Source: Candidatus Pacearchaeota archaeon (GTDB taxonomy: Archaea; Nanobdellota; Nanobdellia; UBA10117; JAFCGI01). From it: a stretch of 64,000 nucleotides of DNA. The translations under genes and the position numbers were made by a program. This document shows positions 49,566 to 59,190 of the stretch, piece after piece. The stretch is from contig JAFCGI010000001.1 in NCBI GenBank assembly GCA_017608235.1, positions 1,423 through 65,422 on the forward strand. Reading direction: 5' to 3'. The notes under the pieces are model-generated. The model saw nothing but the letters and a program-made list of their open reading frames with translations. It searched no databases and had not been told where the DNA came from. Position 1 is the first letter of the stretch, and each line of letters begins with the position of its first letter.

Positions 49566-49973
49566 ATGGATTGGATAGAGTGTAATAAGAAACTATTAGT
49601 AAAAAATATTAAAGTTGACAAGAACCTTATTAGTTCACTAGTTAAATCTTCTTCTAAGAGACTTAGTTCTCAGGCACTATTAGAATTAGATGATCTTACT
49701 GCAACTTCTAAGATTAGCTTAACTTATGAAGCTTTAAGAGAGCTGCTAGAAGCTTTAGCTGTATCTAAAGGCTTTAAAATTTACAATCATGAATGTTATA
49801 CTGCTTTTTTAAAAGAAAAGTTAAGCAAGTTTGATTTAGCAAAGGAATTTGATACTTTTAGAAAAATAAGAAATGCAATTAACTACTATGGCAAGGATCT
49901 AACAACAGAGGAAGCAAAAGAAATTCTAACTAATATGTTACAGATTATAAATAAGATAAAGTCTTTATTATGA
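49566..49973 (+). CDS. HEPN-like domain protein, the partner of the MNT gene. The Rx4-6H motif appears degenerate.
   Basis: At 135 aa it is all-alpha and sits immediately downstream of the MNT gene with a 1-nt gap, the typical MNT-HEPN arrangement. The candidate motif FRKIRNAINYYG lacks the His. Confidence 0.45.
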   Translation: MDWIECNKKLLVKNIKVDKNLISSLVKSSSKRLSSQALLELDDLTATSKISLTYEALRELLEALAVSKGFKIYNHECYTAFLKEKLSKFDLAKEFDTFRKIRNAINYYGKDLTTEEAKEILTNMLQIINKIKSLL

Positions 49974-49975
49974 TA

Positions 49976-51172
49976 TTATAAATAGTAAAAAACAACTACA
50001 AGAATTAATGATCCCATTGCATGAATTCTATGTGTTCCTGTTAGAGGTGCAAGAAGGCCGATAGCAGATGCTGTAATTAAGATTAGTATGCCTTTAAAAT
50101 TTGAGAAATAGAATGTAAGCGCTGCTAGGAATAAGATAATTATTATGGATATTTTTTGATAGCTTATTTTATGAATATAATTTGCAAATAGTTTTCCAAA
50201 GTTTAAAGTTAGGATGATTGCAATTCCTAGTGCAATGGTTGCGGAAAGAAGCAAGATTATGAATTCTTGTTGAGAGATGTTTATTATTTGTTTGAGTACT
50301 GTCATGGTTCCATTTCTGGCTTTGTTTATTGCAAATAATGTTGTGAGGGTGAAGAAAGCTGCAGCAGTATTTATTCCGCCCATTATTGTTAAGAAACTTT
50401 CTTGGTTTTTGAATTTAGTAAATCCTTGGCTTATGATTGTTGCTTGTGCAGCACCGATTCCAGGAAATATGCTTACAAATAAAGATGAGAAACTTGATTT
50501 AATTAAGTCTGAAATTTTTGGAAATCTAGCATTTGAAGTTAGAGTTTGTTTAGGAATTTTTGTATGAGATTTAATGCTGATTAATAATGTGGAAATACCA
50601 AATAAACCAGAGAATAATGGAAATAATGGTTCTTGGATATTTATATGATTAAGTACAAGAAGTCCAAGGATTCCAGATAACAGGAAGATGATAGATGCCC
50701 AGATTTTATTTTTAAGAGTTGGTTCTTTTAGAATAAACAAGATTGAAAGTATTATCAGAAGAGGTGCAATTATTTTTGCAAGGTGTAAGTAGGTTTCATT
50801 TAGATAGAAATATATTAGTAAGATTAGAGGCAGGCTGAATAGAAAAGTTCCTAGTCCACCAAGTATTGTTAGTTTAAGTGCATGATAGCCTTTGCCATCT
50901 AGTAGAAATTTGTGTCCTGGAAGAACTCCGAGAGCAGTAGCTGGTTCTGGTGCACCAAGAAATATGCTTGGAATAAAGTCAAGAAAGCTATGAACTACCA
51001 ACATTACAATTAGCATTGAAGCGATCTCTAAATTTGTAAAGTAATTAGAAAGCTTGGATATGCTGGCAAGTGCAAGTATAGAAATGGTATTTGTATGTAT
51101 TCCAGGAATTAAGCCTGAAATGATTCCTGCAAGACAACCTAGAAATATTAAAGTTAGGAGCATTTTATACAA
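49976..51172 (-). CDS. DUF112/TctA-like integral membrane protein
   Basis: It has about 11 TM helices. The repeated GxxPG(I/A) loops (GLIPGIH, FPGIGAAQA) are typical of TctA-family proteins. Confidence 0.5.
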   Translation of the reverse strand: MYKMLLTLIFLGCLAGIISGLIPGIHTNTISILALASISKLSNYFTNLEIASMLIVMLVVHSFLDFIPSIFLGAPEPATALGVLPGHKFLLDGKGYHALKLTILGGLGTFLFSLPLILLIYFYLNETYLHLAKIIAPLLIILSILFILKEPTLKNKIWASIIFLLSGILGLLVLNHINIQEPLFPLFSGLFGISTLLISIKSHTKIPKQTLTSNARFPKISDLIKSSFSSLFVSIFPGIGAAQATIISQGFTKFKNQESFLTIMGGINTAAAFFTLTTLFAINKARNGTMTVLKQIINISQQEFIILLLSATIALGIAIILTLNFGKLFANYIHKISYQKISIIIILFLAALTFYFSNFKGILILITASAIGLLAPLTGTHRIHAMGSLILVVVFYYL

Positions 51173-51519
51173 TCTATTTCAGAGGCAAGAATTTCAAGTT
51201 TGCTTTCATAGAATTGAAGTTTTCCAGTAACTTTGATTATGTTATTTTTCTTTAGCTGAATTTTTGGATCATCAAAAAATACTATTAAAAGTTTAGAAGA
51301 GTTATCTTTAATATTTAGAAAATTTATGTTTTCTTTATATGTAGCTTTTATTATAGTTCCCTGAGTAGTTATTTCTTTTCCCAAGTGGTCTTCTGTGTTG
51401 GACAAGATCTCGGAAATTGTTAGCTCTTCAGGATTTGAGGTTTTTGCAATTAAGAAAAGTAAAGATATTCCAATTAAACTTATTATTAAAGAGACAAGTG
51501 TAAGTGTTTTATTTTTCAT
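51154..51519 (-). CDS. Membrane-anchored hypothetical protein (possible OB-fold)
   Basis: It has an N-terminal TM helix and no recognised motifs. Confidence 0.3.
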   Translation of the reverse strand: MKNKTLTLVSLIISLIGISLLFLIAKTSNPEELTISEILSNTEDHLGKEITTQGTIIKATYKENINFLNIKDNSSKLLIVFFDDPKIQLKKNNIIKVTGKLQFYESKLEILASEIDCIKCS

Positions 51520-51577
51520 GAGAATAATAGTATTTGAGTGAATAAATGTTTATATATTTCTGAATTTTTGCAAGCCT

Positions 51578-52228
51578 ATGCCGATTGTTAGTGAAAAAAT
51601 AGCAGAATATACTTATGATACTTATAATGGTAGGTTTATTGTATTGGAAGGCATTAATGGGTGTGGCAAAGGTACACAAGCAGACATGCTTTCTGAATTT
51701 TTAATTAAAAGAGAATATTCTGTTTTACAAACAGAAGAACCTTGGAGAAAAGGTTTAGGACTAGTAATTAAGAAAACTATAGATAAAGATCATAATTATA
51801 AGAATCCAAGATATGATGCTTTGCTTTTTACTGCAGACAGAATAAGGCACATGGATGAAGAAATACTACCTGCTTTAGAAGCAGGAAAAACAGTTATATG
51901 TGACAGATTCTATCATAGCACTTTAGCATATCAAACTACTGATGGATTAGATATTGATTGGCTAAAAAGTTTAAATGATAATATTATGATTCCAGATTTA
52001 ACTTTGATAATTGATGTTCCAGCAGATGTTGCTGTTGAAAGATTGCGAAAAAGAGACAGAATTGAAGTTGCCAGATTTGAAGAATATGATTTCTTAGTAG
52101 CATTAAGAGAAACATATCTTGGTTTGGTAGATTATCTGAGAGATGAGAATGTTCAAGTGATTGATGGTAGTAAGAGCATTACAAAAACATATGATAGTAT
52201 TATTTCTAAAGTGGAGGAGATATTATGA
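51578..52228 (+). CDS. tmk: Thymidylate kinase
   Basis: It has a P-loop (LEGINGCGKGTQ) and the DRFYHSTLAYQ motif. The lid reads RLRKRDR. Confidence 0.85.
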   Translation: MPIVSEKIAEYTYDTYNGRFIVLEGINGCGKGTQADMLSEFLIKREYSVLQTEEPWRKGLGLVIKKTIDKDHNYKNPRYDALLFTADRIRHMDEEILPALEAGKTVICDRFYHSTLAYQTTDGLDIDWLKSLNDNIMIPDLTLIIDVPADVAVERLRKRDRIEVARFEEYDFLVALRETYLGLVDYLRDENVQVIDGSKSITKTYDSIISKVEEIL

Positions 52229-52788
52229 GTAATTATAAGTTAGTTGGATTAACTGGGCCAATAGCTTCTGGTAAAGGTGTATTAGGAGATTATTTAGTTG
52301 ATGAGTTAGGATGGAATTATATTTCTTTATCTGGGCTTGTAAGAGAGGAAGCTAGACGCAGAAATATAGCAGAAGAAAGAGAGAATTTGATTAATATTGG
52401 AAATTCTTTAAGAGCAGAAAGAGGTCCAGGTGTTCTAGGAGAACTAGCATATGAAAAAATGTTAGCTAAAGAATATCAGAATGTAGTAGTAGATGGTATA
52501 AGAAATCCTGGAGAAATTCATGTTTTAAGAAATCAATCTAATTATAAGGTTTTGATAATTGGAGTAAATGCAGAAGCAGAAATAAGATACAAGCGAGCTT
52601 TAGAAAGGGCAAGAGATTCAGATCCAATAACTTTAGATCATATTAGAAAGATAGATAAAAAAGATAGAGCTATTGGGATTGAAGGTTGTTTAGAGATAGC
52701 AGATATATTGATTTATAATCATGAACATATAAGTATGGAAGAACTTGTATCTAATTTTAAAGATATCTTAGCAGAGAAAGGATTTTGA
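52225..52788 (+). CDS. P-loop nucleotide/nucleoside kinase-like protein (dephospho-CoA kinase / UPF0200-like)
   Basis: Walker A is VGLTGPIASGKG. The fold is NMP-kinase-like. It overlaps tmk by 4 nt. Confidence 0.5.
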   Translation: MSNYKLVGLTGPIASGKGVLGDYLVDELGWNYISLSGLVREEARRRNIAEERENLINIGNSLRAERGPGVLGELAYEKMLAKEYQNVVVDGIRNPGEIHVLRNQSNYKVLIIGVNAEAEIRYKRALERARDSDPITLDHIRKIDKKDRAIGIEGCLEIADILIYNHEHISMEELVSNFKDILAEKGF

Positions 52789-52849
52789 TAGAGTTATTTG
52801 ATTGAGCAAATAAATCTTTAAATAATTTTGAGGGCAGGAAGTAGGGAAA

Positions 52850-54496
52850 ATGAAATCTTCTAAAGAAATCTTAGATAGTGCAGAATCTTTTTTGGAGACT
52901 GCTGATAGTTATGTTATTTTAGATAAGCCAAGAGTTAATTTACTTAGTTATGATCCATCCATACAAAGTTTATCTTTAAATTATATTAGAAGTAAGTATC
53001 ATTTCTTTTTGAAAACTGTGGAACGGTCTAGAGAACAGCAACTAGATGAAAGTTTATTTAATCAATTTTTAGCAGATATTGCAGTATCAAGAGGAGATCT
53101 TGCTGTATTTGATAGAGGCCATATTCATTTTAAACTTAATTGTACTAGAGTTGGTACGAATGATATATTAAGGCATTATAGTATGAGATTTTTTCAGACA
53201 GGTCAAAGAAAGCAAATAGATTTGAATGTTCTTGATTCTGAAGATATATCTCAAAGTATTAGATATTTTTTGCCGCCTGAATGGGTTAAAGCTAGAGATC
53301 TAGCAGAGGAATTTAATTCTGCTATGAGTTATGTTGCACATTTAGTTAAACATGCAATAGATTTAGGAATGCCATCAGATCAAGCAAGATATATTATTCC
53401 TAATGCAGCAACTACTACTTTGGAAATGAGTGGTAGTTTGAGAAGCTTTTTTTCTTATGTTGGTTTAAGAGCTTGTGAACAAGCGCAGTTTGAGAATCAA
53501 TTTTTATCAGAGAAAGTGGCTAAGAAGCTCAAGGAAATATTGCCAGACCTTACCCAAAAACTTGGACCTAGATGCGTGTATGATCCTAGATGCAGAGAAG
53601 GAAAAAATTCTTGCGGTAAAATAAAAGAGAAAAGAGATTTGTTTGTTGGAGATGGTTCTGGTTTAGAGTATGTTATTAAGAGAGCTCAGATGCAAATAGA
53701 TAGTATTGATGAAATAGAATTTAATAATCAAGGATTTTTAAGCAATCTTTCTGATGCTTATAACGAGTATGTAAGTCTTGAGGAATCTAATGAGTTGCCA
53801 TTAGTTGAACTTGAAGCAAGATTTAATTCTGGAATATCTAATTTAGAAGAGTTTACAGCGCAGCTTGCGAAAAATACATTTAAAAGGTATACTGGAAAGA
53901 CTTTTGCATCTGATGATAAATTAACTATTGAACAAGTAGCAAATATTTGTAGAAATATAGTTAAAGCAGGACATTATGGAGCATTAGGACATCAGCATCT
54001 TAGCTATGATACTAAGATTTCTAGAGTTATGCTCCAAAAATTTGCAAGGCATCATTCTTTAGTTTTGATGGCATCTAGCCAACATCATAGTATTCATGCT
54101 AATTTTGAATATATTATGCCACCAATGTGGGAAAAATTAGGATTAGGAACAGAATTCCATACTATTGTTAGGTATTTAAATAATCTTTATACTAGAGCTA
54201 TGGATGCAGGAATTCCAAGAGATCAAGCAAGATATTGTCTGCCTACTTGTGCTACAACAAATCTTATGATCTCAGCATCTCCAAGATCTTTATTTTCTTT
54301 AGCAGCTCAGAGGACTTGTCCAAGTAATAGTTGGGAGGAAAGAGAAATAGTTTCTATGATAGTAGATGATGCAAGAGAAAGATATTCAAATCTTTTTTAT
54401 TATCTAGGACCTAAGTGTTTACTAAAACTTTGTGGGGCTAAGTGTGAATATGAGGATGAGGTTAGGAATAAGTACTTAGTGGATGGCGATGAGTGA
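52850..54496 (+). CDS. Tandem-duplicated ThyX-fold protein (two fused flavin-dependent thymidylate synthase-like domains). The RHR/SxRY motifs are degenerate in both halves.
   Basis: Half 1 reads GMPSDQARYIIPNAATTTLEMSGSLRSFFSYVGLRACEQAQFENQ and half 2 reads GIPRDQARYCLPTCATTNLMISASPRSLFSLAAQRTC. Both align to the ThyX core ([45 protein letters not shown]). The RHR-like positions read RHYSMRFFQTGQRKQ in half 1 and RHHSLVLMASSQHHS in half 2. Confidence 0.65.
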   Translation: MKSSKEILDSAESFLETADSYVILDKPRVNLLSYDPSIQSLSLNYIRSKYHFFLKTVERSREQQLDESLFNQFLADIAVSRGDLAVFDRGHIHFKLNCTRVGTNDILRHYSMRFFQTGQRKQIDLNVLDSEDISQSIRYFLPPEWVKARDLAEEFNSAMSYVAHLVKHAIDLGMPSDQARYIIPNAATTTLEMSGSLRSFFSYVGLRACEQAQFENQFLSEKVAKKLKEILPDLTQKLGPRCVYDPRCREGKNSCGKIKEKRDLFVGDGSGLEYVIKRAQMQIDSIDEIEFNNQGFLSNLSDAYNEYVSLEESNELPLVELEARFNSGISNLEEFTAQLAKNTFKRYTGKTFASDDKLTIEQVANICRNIVKAGHYGALGHQHLSYDTKISRVMLQKFARHHSLVLMASSQHHSIHANFEYIMPPMWEKLGLGTEFHTIVRYLNNLYTRAMDAGIPRDQARYCLPTCATTNLMISASPRSLFSLAAQRTCPSNSWEEREIVSMIVDDARERYSNLFYYLGPKCLLKLCGAKCEYEDEVRNKYLVDGDE

Positions 54497-54956
54497 TTAC
54501 AGCAAGATAAGAAATTTGTTAGAAGAAGCATTATCTATGTCTAGATGTCTTAAACATCCTGTTGCAGCAGTGATTGAAACTCCAACAGGAGAATATGTTA
54601 TTGGATATAATGGTCCTAGTGATAGGATTGGAGATCATTTGGAGTGTGATAGAAAGGGACTTCATAGTGGAGTTCATATGGAAAGATGTCCTGGGACTCA
54701 TGCAGAAATAAGAGCAATTGCTAATGCTGCTAGAGAAGGGATACTTATAGATAGATCTACATTGTATTTGAGCAGTTGGTTTCCATGTGATAATTGTGCA
54801 AAAAACATGATTGAAGCAGGCATAATAAAATTTGTAACTCCAGATCCTATAAAGTATGAACCAAATAGTGCTTATAATTTTGAGATGGCTGAAAGATTAA
54901 TGAGAGATTCTGGAATAGAAATTATTGTGAATGAAGATATTAGGCCTCGAATTTGA
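54483..54956 (+). CDS. dCMP deaminase (cytidine/deoxycytidylate deaminase zinc-binding family)
   Basis: It has HAEIRAI and PCDNCA zinc ligands. Confidence 0.8.
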   Translation: MAMSDYSKIRNLLEEALSMSRCLKHPVAAVIETPTGEYVIGYNGPSDRIGDHLECDRKGLHSGVHMERCPGTHAEIRAIANAAREGILIDRSTLYLSSWFPCDNCAKNMIEAGIIKFVTPDPIKYEPNSAYNFEMAERLMRDSGIEIIVNEDIRPRI

Positions 54957-55491
54957 ATTTTTTTATTTCTTCATAGATTGGACCTTTTCCAGTTAGGGTG
55001 CTTTTGAACAAACTAATTTTATTAGCTGTGAAAGATCCAAAGTTTATGGATTGGTTTATAGGTTGTTTAATTAGTTCAAGGAGTTTTTGTTTTTCATTTA
55101 CAGCTTTGACTCTTGCTAAGGTAATGTGTGCATGAAACTTATGATCTTCTTTTTTGAATCCTAGAGGTTCAAGCGATGTTTGAATTTTATTATATAATTC
55201 TTGGAGCTCTGGAGCATATGCTCCAGCCCAAATCACTCTAATATAATTTTCTGAAGGAAATATGCCTAGCTTTTTGATTTGAATATTGAATGGTTTGATG
55301 TCCTTTGAGATTTTTAACAATTCTTTTTCAATTTCAGCAATGTTTCCTATGGAACCTAAAAATTTAAGGGATATATGTAGGTTATTTTTTGCAACAAAAT
55401 TCCCTTTAATTAGTGGTTCTAGCTTAGATTGTAGTTCTGCTAGTTTGTCCTTTATTTCCTGTGGAAGTTCTATTGCTATGAAAGATCTCAT
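54940..55491 (-). CDS. thpR: RNA 2',3'-cyclic phosphodiesterase / 2'-5' RNA ligase (2H family, LigT/ThpR)
   Basis: It has two H-x-(T/S)-x motifs (HISLKF and HAHITLAR) and is about 183 aa. Confidence 0.8.
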   Translation of the reverse strand: MRSFIAIELPQEIKDKLAELQSKLEPLIKGNFVAKNNLHISLKFLGSIGNIAEIEKELLKISKDIKPFNIQIKKLGIFPSENYIRVIWAGAYAPELQELYNKIQTSLEPLGFKKEDHKFHAHITLARVKAVNEKQKLLELIKQPINQSINFGSFTANKISLFKSTLTGKGPIYEEIKKFKFEA

Positions 55492-55553
55492 TTTATCTCG
55501 CTATAGAAAGGGAGTAGTAAAAGTATAAAAACTTTGATTTTTCTATAAGTATT

Positions 55554-56108
55554 ATGATAATTGGACTTGTAGGAATGCCTGCTTCAGGAAAAAGTACAGC
55601 TGCAGAAAGATTTGAAGAGCACAAGATAAAAAGAATTTATCTTGGAGATTTTATTTGGAAATTTCTTAAGAAGAAAGGCATAAAGAGATCCCAAGATACT
55701 GGGATGATGGCTGGCTTGGCTTTATGGGCAAGTTATGATGATATTCCTATTATGCAATGGGCTGAGAAGCAAATGAAGAAATATAAGAAGCAAGATTTTT
55801 TTATTTTAGATTCCCTAAGAACTGAAACTGAGCATGAGTTTTTGAAGATGAAGCATGATAATTATTTTTTAGTGGCTGTGGTTACTAATTCAGATATAAG
55901 ATTTCAAAGAGAGAAGAAGAGATCTAGATTTAGAGAGAAAATTAATTATGAGGATTTCAGAAGGCGTGATAAAGAAGAGCTTAGGATGGGTATTGGAAAT
56001 CTAATAGCAAGAGCAGATTTCTATATTGATGCTAATAATTCTATTTCTGATGTAAATAAACAGGTTGACGAAATAGTTAAAAAACTAATCCCAGAGCCTG
56101 AAAAATAG
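55554..56108 (+). CDS. P-loop nucleotide kinase-like protein (paralog of 52225..52788)
   Basis: Walker A is GLVGMPASGKST. Its length and layout are similar to the upstream paralog. Confidence 0.5.
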   Translation: MIIGLVGMPASGKSTAAERFEEHKIKRIYLGDFIWKFLKKKGIKRSQDTGMMAGLALWASYDDIPIMQWAEKQMKKYKKQDFFILDSLRTETEHEFLKMKHDNYFLVAVVTNSDIRFQREKKRSRFREKINYEDFRRRDKEELRMGIGNLIARADFYIDANNSISDVNKQVDEIVKKLIPEPEK

Positions 56109-56151
56109 AAAGGTTTTTATTTCTAAATAAAGATCTATTAGTTAATAATTA

Positions 56152-56421
56152 ATGGTGATAAGAGTGGCAGAAGATAAAAAATTCTCAAAACAAATTGTGG
56201 GGAAGACAGTAGTAAGTAAATCTGGAAAGAAATTTGGATTGGTTGGAGATTTGGTTTTTGAGATAAGGACTGGAGAATTAATTTATGTTGTACTAAAAGA
56301 TCCAACTAGTTTTGCTAGTTCTTTGGAACTAGAAGTAAAAGATGGAAATACATTGATTCCATTTAGTTCTGTACTAGCAGTTGGAGACTTTGTGGTTGTA
56401 GCAGAGGAAGATATAGTTTAA
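56152..56421 (+). CDS. PRC-barrel domain protein
   Basis: The sequence GKKFGLVGDLVFEIRTGELIYVVL is a typical archaeal PRC barrel. Confidence 0.55.
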   Translation: MVIRVAEDKKFSKQIVGKTVVSKSGKKFGLVGDLVFEIRTGELIYVVLKDPTSFASSLELEVKDGNTLIPFSSVLAVGDFVVVAEEDIV

Positions 56422-56575
56422 GATTCCACAAAGTTTTACTTATTCTTATTTTGATTCTTATTCTGTGTAGTAGAGGGAGATATTAGTTAGTTTTTTATTT
56501 TGAATTTCTAATTTGTTTTGATTTGTTTATTTAATTATCTAAAGGTATTTATTTTGAATTATTTTCTAGTAAATT

Positions 56576-57346
56576 ATGATTACAAAAGCAGTTATTCCAG
56601 CAGCAGGCAGAGGAACAAGAGCAGGAGCAAGACATATTCCTAAGGAGATGTATCCTGTTGGAGATAATCAATATCCAATTATACAATATGTTGTTGAAGA
56701 ATTAATTCATTCAGGAATTGATGATATCTTAATAATTACTAGAACTGGTAAGAGAGTGATAGAAGATCATTTTAGTCAGCCTCCTGAAGATCTTGCTAGG
56801 TTAATTGAAGAAAATAATATTACTTTTTTTTATACTAATCAGGATGAGCCTAAAGGATTAGGGCATGCAGTATTGCTTGCGAGAAAATATATGGGAAATA
56901 GTCCTTTTATTTTAGCTTTGGGAGATGATATAGTTAAGTCTGAAACTCCTTGTGCTAGACAGTTAATTGATTTGTATAATTTTTATAGGGGTCCAGTTAT
57001 TGCTGTTGAAGAAGTTCCAGAAGAAAGAGTTAGCAGATATGGTATTATTTCTCCAGAAAAAATACGAGAGGGAGTGTATTTTATTAATGATTTGATAGAA
57101 AAGCCTGCTCAGGAGGATGCTCCATCGAGCCTTGCTGTTGTAGGAAGATATGCTCTAACTTCAGAGATATTTGATATACTTGCAGATACAAAGCCAGGAA
57201 TAAATAATGAGATACAGCTTACAGATGCTTTGCAAGTATTATGTAAGAGAAGGGCAATGTATGCTATTGAATATGAAGGACAGAGATTTGATGCTGGAGA
57301 TAGAGATGGGAGAATAGAAGCTGAGAAAGTGTTTAATAGCTTATGA
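56576..57346 (+). CDS. Sugar-1-phosphate nucleotidyltransferase, UTP-glucose-1-phosphate uridylyltransferase (GalU)-like
   Basis: The N-terminal AVIPAAGRGTR...IPKEMYPV matches the GalU signature AVIPAAGLGTR...IPKEMLP. Confidence 0.7.
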   Translation: MITKAVIPAAGRGTRAGARHIPKEMYPVGDNQYPIIQYVVEELIHSGIDDILIITRTGKRVIEDHFSQPPEDLARLIEENNITFFYTNQDEPKGLGHAVLLARKYMGNSPFILALGDDIVKSETPCARQLIDLYNFYRGPVIAVEEVPEERVSRYGIISPEKIREGVYFINDLIEKPAQEDAPSSLAVVGRYALTSEIFDILADTKPGINNEIQLTDALQVLCKRRAMYAIEYEGQRFDAGDRDGRIEAEKVFNSL

Positions 57347-57426
57347 TTAGTAAGTTTTTGTAAAAAGCAGTATATTGTGTTTTGAATGAAGACAAGTTTA
57401 TATATCTTTAGTATATCCACAATAAA

Positions 57427-59190
57427 ATGAATATTAAAGAAATTTTTAATCATAATAATAGGATTTTTGTGGTTGCAGAGATAGCTGGTGCGCATGATGG
57501 TTCTGTTGAAACCATGAAGAATTTAATTAAGGTTGCTTCTGATTCTGGTGTTAATGCTGTTAAATTTCAGATTTTTAGAGCAAATAAACTTGTGGTTAAA
57601 GATCATCCTAAGTATGCTTCTTTTAAACAGAAAGAATTTTCTAAAGAACAATGGCTAGACATTTCAGAATATGCTAAGAGTTTTGGCTTATCTATTTTTG
57701 CAGATGTTTTTGATAGAGAAAGTTTAGATATTGCAGAAGAATTTGGGGCAGAAGCGTATAAAATACATTCTAGCATAATTTCAGATGTTTTTTTACTTAG
57801 AGACATAGCTAAGACAAGAAAAACAATTTTATTGTCTGTTGGGGGGTCTAAATATATAGAGATAAAAAAAGCATTATCTATTTTTAAAGATAATAATAAG
57901 ATATTGGTTGCAGGATATCAGAATTTTCCAACTAAGATTGAGGATTCTAATCTTGCACTAATTGATTATTTGAAGAAAGAATTTAAGTGTCCTATAGGTT
58001 ATGCAGACCATTGTGATGCTGAGACAAGCATGGCTATGATTTTACCCCTTTTAGCGGTTGTGAAGGGGGCTTGTTTAATAGAAAAACATATCACGCTTGA
58101 TCGATCTTCAAAAGGTACTGATTATTATTCTTCTTTAAACCCTTCTGAAATAAAAAATTTGGTTAAGAATATAATGGAAACTAGAAAGACAATTGGTAAG
58201 AGCAAACTTGATTCTTTTTCAGAAGATGAAGAAAAATATCGTCAAAATATGAAGAAATTTATAGTGTCTTTTAGGAATATTAGGAAAGGAGAGATTATTT
58301 CTTTGGATATGTTGGATTTTAAAAGAACTACAAAACTAGGATTATTACCAAATGAAGCAGACAAGTTAATTGGTAAACAAAGTATAAGAGATATTAAAGA
58401 AGATGAAATTATTAGTTTACAAGATGTAGAAAATAATGTTGCTATTCTTATTGCTGTTAGAATGAAATCTACAAGGCTGCCAAAGAAAGCATTACAAGTT
58501 ATCGAAGGACAAACTTTAATTGAGCATTTAATTGATAGAATGAAACAATGTAAACATGCAAATCATGTTATTTTATGTACATCTATACATCCAGATGACA
58601 GGATTTTGTTAGATATAGCTAAGAAGAAGGACATATTTTATTTTGTTGGTAATGAAAAAAATGTTATGAAGCGTTTTTTAGGTGCTGCTGAAAAGGTTAA
58701 AGCAGATATTATAGTTAGAGTTACAGGGGATAATCCACTTACTTCTCCATATTTTATTGATAGTGCAATAAAACACCATCTTAAGGCAGGAGCAGATTAT
58801 ACATATACTACTGATCTGCCCCAGGGAACTAAAGGAGAAGTTATTTCTGTTTCTGCTTTGAAAAAGGCACATGAATTGGCAGAGGACCCTAATTTTAGTG
58901 AATATATGACTTGGTATTTTACAGATAACCCAAATTTTTTTAAGATAGAAAAAATACTTATTGATGAAGATATGAAGAGGCCTAGTTATAGATTAACTGT
59001 TGATACTCCAGAAGATTTAGAATTAATTAAGAAAATATATGGAAAATTATATGAGCATGGACAGATTATTCCATTGAAAGCAGTTATTAAGTTTTTAGAT
59101 GAAAATCCAAATCTTTTGAAAATTAATGCAAATATTAAAAGCAAGGATGTTAAAGATAAAGTAAATGTAAGATTAAGATGGTTAAAATAA
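57427..59190 (+). CDS. Fusion protein: nonulosonic-acid synthase (NeuB/PseI/LegI family, with SAF domain) fused to a PF02348 cytidylyltransferase (SpsF/PseF-like CMP-sugar synthetase)
   Basis: Residues 1 to about 340 form a NeuB TIM barrel (VVAEIAGAHDGSVETMKNLIKVASDSGVNAVKFQ) with a SAF domain (RNIRKGEIISLDMLDFKR). Residues about 345 to 587 form the cytidylyltransferase (AILIAVRMKSTRLPKKAL..., VTGDNPL). Confidence 0.75.
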   Translation: MNIKEIFNHNNRIFVVAEIAGAHDGSVETMKNLIKVASDSGVNAVKFQIFRANKLVVKDHPKYASFKQKEFSKEQWLDISEYAKSFGLSIFADVFDRESLDIAEEFGAEAYKIHSSIISDVFLLRDIAKTRKTILLSVGGSKYIEIKKALSIFKDNNKILVAGYQNFPTKIEDSNLALIDYLKKEFKCPIGYADHCDAETSMAMILPLLAVVKGACLIEKHITLDRSSKGTDYYSSLNPSEIKNLVKNIMETRKTIGKSKLDSFSEDEEKYRQNMKKFIVSFRNIRKGEIISLDMLDFKRTTKLGLLPNEADKLIGKQSIRDIKEDEIISLQDVENNVAILIAVRMKSTRLPKKALQVIEGQTLIEHLIDRMKQCKHANHVILCTSIHPDDRILLDIAKKKDIFYFVGNEKNVMKRFLGAAEKVKADIIVRVTGDNPLTSPYFIDSAIKHHLKAGADYTYTTDLPQGTKGEVISVSALKKAHELAEDPNFSEYMTWYFTDNPNFFKIEKILIDEDMKRPSYRLTVDTPEDLELIKKIYGKLYEHGQIIPLKAVIKFLDENPNLLKINANIKSKDVKDKVNVRLRWLK

